Below, piece after piece: positions 60,771-64,000 of a stretch of 64,000 bases of DNA. The translations under genes and the position numbers were made by a program. Origin of the DNA: an uncultured virus (IMG/VR IMGVR_UViG_3300001528_000811) (lineage: Duplodnaviria; Heunggongvirae; Uroviricota; Caudoviricetes); the IMG/VR virus record IMGVR_UViG_3300001528_000811. One strand, given 5' to 3'. The first letter of the stretch is position 1; every line of letters begins with the position of its first letter. A model generated the notes under the pieces. It was not told the origin of the DNA and did not search any database. It was given only the letters and a program-made list of their open reading frames with translations.

Positions 60771-62543
60771 ATGTTAAAATATACAAAAACAGATTATGTT
60801 CCATCTTTGGAATTTAAAGCTTTAATGAGACGCCATTTAAATTTATATATGGATTATAATAAATTAAAATATGATATAATGTATGACAATGGTATCTTAA
60901 ATAATTTGTTTAAACAGATAAGCAATTATATTGAATTTTTTTCAGATTATAAGATAGAAAAATATACAGCTAATGAGATATGTCCATTTTTAGTAAAGTA
61001 TGAAAAAGTACCAGAAAATTTAATAATGAAGATAGGTAAAAAAGGTCCAATATATTCTTTAGATAAAACAATTAGAGAAAAATTAAATTCATATAATTAT
61101 GTACCTGAATTGATGGATTTAATTAATGCTTATACTGAAATAGATACATCTGTGGATATTGGTAGAAGTCTTTTAAGGGCATTAATAAAAACAGATTTAA
61201 TTTCAAACTGCGGTGATGAGATTTATTCTGCACCCTTTTCTTATAAAGAGTCTGATACCTTTAGAGTATATACTTCGGATATATCTGCAACAACTATTCC
61301 AATAAAATATGTAAAGCATATAACATCTCCAAAAGATTATTTGTTACTTTGGTGTGATTTTGCACAAATAGATTTGAGATGTGCTTGGAATATGATTTTA
61401 CGTTATAATAATGAACAATCTGCAAATATAGATATAAATTCTGACACAATAGATTTTTATAAATTAGTAGCACAAGATGTATCATTAACAAATAAAAGAA
61501 ATTTTTCGGAAGAGAAATTTAAAGAGGATAGACATAAATATAAAAGAATTATATTATCAACTATAAATGGTGCTTCAGTACAAGCTTTAATAAATGATAT
61601 AAAAGATAAAGTATTTTCTGAAAATTTATATAATTATATAAATACACAAAATAAAGCATATGTAGAATATAAAGAAACAATAAATAATAATATAGCTTCA
61701 AAAGTTAATTTTTATATGCAAACTTATTTTGGAACAAAAATGTATATACCTTTTGATGGTTTAGATAAAGATATATGCACAGCATCTTTAAATAGACCTT
61801 TACAGGGAACATCAGCAGATATACAAAAATTAGTAACAGTAGATATTTATAATAAGATGCAATCTTTAATAAATGACCCTACTAAATTTTTTCCTATTTT
61901 AAATAGGCATGATGAAACTTTATGGTATATACATAAAGAATGTTTGCCTTTTTTAAATGAGTTTAATAGCATGTGTAAAATACAAATAGATGATTGGGAT
62001 TTAATTGAATTAGAGTGGGAGATAGGGTATAATTATAAAACACCTATAACTGATATAAAAAATAAGTATATAAATAATTCAGAAGAAAAATTTATAAAAT
62101 CTAATGAAATATTGCCTAAACCTTTTTTACAACCAATACCTTTAGTAACCTTTTATTGTCAAGAAAAAATTGAAGATTATAATTTATATATAATTTCTTT
62201 AGATTGGGATAATTTAATTTTTGATGTTTACAAAGGTGATACAAATAAAGCAACTGAAAAATTTTTAAATAATTTATTCAATAAACATCTTAAAAATAAA
62301 GAATTCACTAGATTAATTTTACATGGAAATCGTGAAGGTTATTTAAATTTTAATGATAAAGAAATTATATTCTCTACAGAAAATAATAATACAAAATTCT
62401 TATATTCATGTAGATATATTATGAATAGATATATAGAAAGAGTACTTAAATTAAAAAAAACATTAGATTTAATCACTTCAGAAGTTTTTAAATTTACTCA
62501 CCAGAATAAATATTATTATGAGGAGGGTATACCTTGGAAATAA
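60771..62543 (+). CDS. Second family A DNA polymerase-like protein (polymerase domain only, atypical motif B)
   Basis: TFRVY, motif A CDFAQIDLR, motif B RHKYKRIILSTING, LNRPLQGTSADI, motif C RHDE; no exonuclease motifs. Confidence 0.8.
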   Translation: MLKYTKTDYVPSLEFKALMRRHLNLYMDYNKLKYDIMYDNGILNNLFKQISNYIEFFSDYKIEKYTANEICPFLVKYEKVPENLIMKIGKKGPIYSLDKTIREKLNSYNYVPELMDLINAYTEIDTSVDIGRSLLRALIKTDLISNCGDEIYSAPFSYKESDTFRVYTSDISATTIPIKYVKHITSPKDYLLLWCDFAQIDLRCAWNMILRYNNEQSANIDINSDTIDFYKLVAQDVSLTNKRNFSEEKFKEDRHKYKRIILSTINGASVQALINDIKDKVFSENLYNYINTQNKAYVEYKETINNNIASKVNFYMQTYFGTKMYIPFDGLDKDICTASLNRPLQGTSADIQKLVTVDIYNKMQSLINDPTKFFPILNRHDETLWYIHKECLPFLNEFNSMCKIQIDDWDLIELEWEIGYNYKTPITDIKNKYINNSEEKFIKSNEILPKPFLQPIPLVTFYCQEKIEDYNLYIISLDWDNLIFDVYKGDTNKATEKFLNNLFNKHLKNKEFTRLILHGNREGYLNFNDKEIIFSTENNNTKFLYSCRYIMNRYIERVLKLKKTLDLITSEVFKFTHQNKYYYEEGIPWK

Positions 62544-63274
62544 AAGAATTGATAGATTTTAAGGATAATTTAAGAAAAGTATTTATGAATATTTATATTA
62601 AATCTAATTATAATTGGTATTATTTTTTAAAATCTGCAGAACATTTAAGAAATGATGCTTTAAAGCAAAGTAAAGCTTTAAATGATACATCTTTGGCAGG
62701 ACAAATAAGAGGTGAGATTGCAGAAATAATTTTAGAAGTAAAGATAATAGATTTTATCAAAAAAAACAGATTACCTTGGTTTATAGTAAAGTCTTTAACA
62801 ATTCCTCGTACAGATAAGAAACAAAAAAAGACAACGGAATTGGATTTAACTTTATTCACACCAACACATATAATTCTTTTTGAAATAAAATCAAGAAAAG
62901 GAAAATATATTTTAAAAGATGAATGTAATTTAATCTCTAGTGGTTTTGATTATAATTCAAACGTATATAAACAAAATATAATGCATTTAGATAATTTAAG
63001 ATATTTTCTGGGAGATGCAATCTTAACTATGAACAAAGAAAAACCTTTTAAGTTTGTTTTGTTTCTTGATGATATTTGTGATTGTGTTGATAAAAGAGAT
63101 TTTAATAATAAACAAAAATATCAGCTTTTAAGATTAAATGATATAGATAAATATTTAGCAAATGAGTTAAAATATACATCACAAATTTGGGATATGCAAA
63201 AAATAAAAAATATTTTAATAAAGTTAAATAATGAGTCAGAAAATAATTTTTTAAAACATATGAATGTTAAATAA
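62534..63274 (+). CDS. NERD-domain (PD-(D/E)xK) nuclease
   Basis: GEIAE, TELDLTLFTPTHIILFEIKS, NVYKQNIMH. Confidence 0.8.
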   Translation: MEIKELIDFKDNLRKVFMNIYIKSNYNWYYFLKSAEHLRNDALKQSKALNDTSLAGQIRGEIAEIILEVKIIDFIKKNRLPWFIVKSLTIPRTDKKQKKTTELDLTLFTPTHIILFEIKSRKGKYILKDECNLISSGFDYNSNVYKQNIMHLDNLRYFLGDAILTMNKEKPFKFVLFLDDICDCVDKRDFNNKQKYQLLRLNDIDKYLANELKYTSQIWDMQKIKNILIKLNNESENNFLKHMNVK

Positions 63275-63326
63275 TTGAGAATTGTTTAATATTTAATATT
63301 TTAATTTTTAAGGAGGTGTTTTTAAA

Positions 63327-63761
63327 ATGATAAAAATTGATTTAAATAAATTTAAGAAAGGTATGGAAATAATATTAGATGCTTCATTTCAACGAGTAAC
63401 AGTTGAAACACTATATAAAAAATTATTTATTGAAAATACAGAAATAAATAATTTAATAATACAAGAATTAGAAAGTATGAAAGATATACCTGAAGATTTA
63501 ATTGTGAATTATAAAAAATTAGTTGATTTTTTATCAAATTGTAAAAAATTTAATTTTGATTTAAAATTTAATAATATAAAAATAAAAAATATAATAAAAA
63601 AAGATATATCTACATTTGTAGAAAATAATTTTAATTTAGATATAAATAATATAGAAATTAAATATGCCATATGTGAAAATACAAAAATAGATTTGCCTAT
63701 GAATACCTTACTAGTTGATTTAGAAAAAGGAGATAATTATGTATTCACAAATATTAACTAA
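63327..63761 (+). CDS. Hypothetical protein
   Basis: 144-aa ORF, AAGGAGGTG SD. Confidence 0.7.
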   Translation: MIKIDLNKFKKGMEIILDASFQRVTVETLYKKLFIENTEINNLIIQELESMKDIPEDLIVNYKKLVDFLSNCKKFNFDLKFNNIKIKNIIKKDISTFVENNFNLDINNIEIKYAICENTKIDLPMNTLLVDLEKGDNYVFTNIN

Positions 63762-64000
63762 ATTAGTTAATAATATATATGCAAGTGATTATTTAAAACA
63801 AAAAAATTTATTGGAATATTTTTGTAATAATATAAGAAAAATAGATTTAAATATTTTATTAGATTGTAAAGCTTTTATAGTAATATCTGATAGATATTTA
63901 TTAAATTTTGATAAGGATTTAGATATTTATCCTGAGTTAAATATATATCAAAATGGTAAGTGTAAATTTTATTCTCGTTTAATATTACCCATTTGGGGAT
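63739..64000 (+). CDS. Partial ORF, probable DnaG-type primase catalytic core lacking its zinc finger
   Basis: AAGGAG SD, open to window end; ...PELNIYQNGKCKFYSRLILPIW resembles DnaG FxxRIxFPI. Confidence 0.5.
   Translation, partial: MYSQILTKLVNNIYASDYLKQKNLLEYFCNNIRKIDLNILLDCKAFIVISDRYLLNFDKDLDIYPELNIYQNGKCKFYSRLILPIWG

Noticed and set aside
2099..62859. All minus-strand ORFs in the track
   Set aside because: Short, nested antisense to long + strand genes, F/L/I/S-rich shadow composition, no recognisable motifs.
1..64000. Alternative genetic code (stop-codon reassignment)
   Set aside because: Standard code gives dense, long ORFs; TAA, TAG and TGA all end genes directly before the next SD or start.
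1..64000. tRNA or rRNA genes
   Set aside because: Intergenic gaps are nearly pure A/T, with no cloverleaf or TTCGA-loop context seen.

Overview
A 64-kb, extremely AT-rich (roughly 20% GC by eye) segment in which every credible gene (~50) lies on the + strand with Firmicute-style Shine-Dalgarno sites. It reads as the replication/transcription core of a large autonomous mobile genome (jumbo phage or giant extrachromosomal element, probably of a Clostridia-like host), not a bacterial chromosome. It encodes highly divergent homologs of core machinery: a 2405-aa fused beta-beta' RNA polymerase, a GreA-like factor, two family-A DNA polymerases, DnaB- and DnaC-like proteins, a stand-alone primase zinc finger plus a probable primase core at the right edge, an NAD-dependent ligase split into two distant genes, a clamp-loader delta-like subunit, RuvC-like, UvsE, DEDDh and NERD nucleases, an SF2 helicase, DnaK, an orphan PilT, an FtsK/EssC-like module and an Ig-repeat surface protein. 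No virion, rRNA, tRNA or cas genes were recognised. The most unusual signals are: (1) an array of five hairpins with unrelated stems but a shared loop motif RCARTGAGY (8829-9101), next to a G-poor tandem repeat; (2) a terminal peptide motif T-x-[IL]-F-N shared by at least seven unrelated proteins, including the RNAP C-terminus; (3) an AATATTTAATATTT motif in most large intergenic gaps, alongside an RNAP that appears to lack the flap-tip helix and beta' zinc-binding domain. All protein assignments come from motif recognition by eye; no searches were run.
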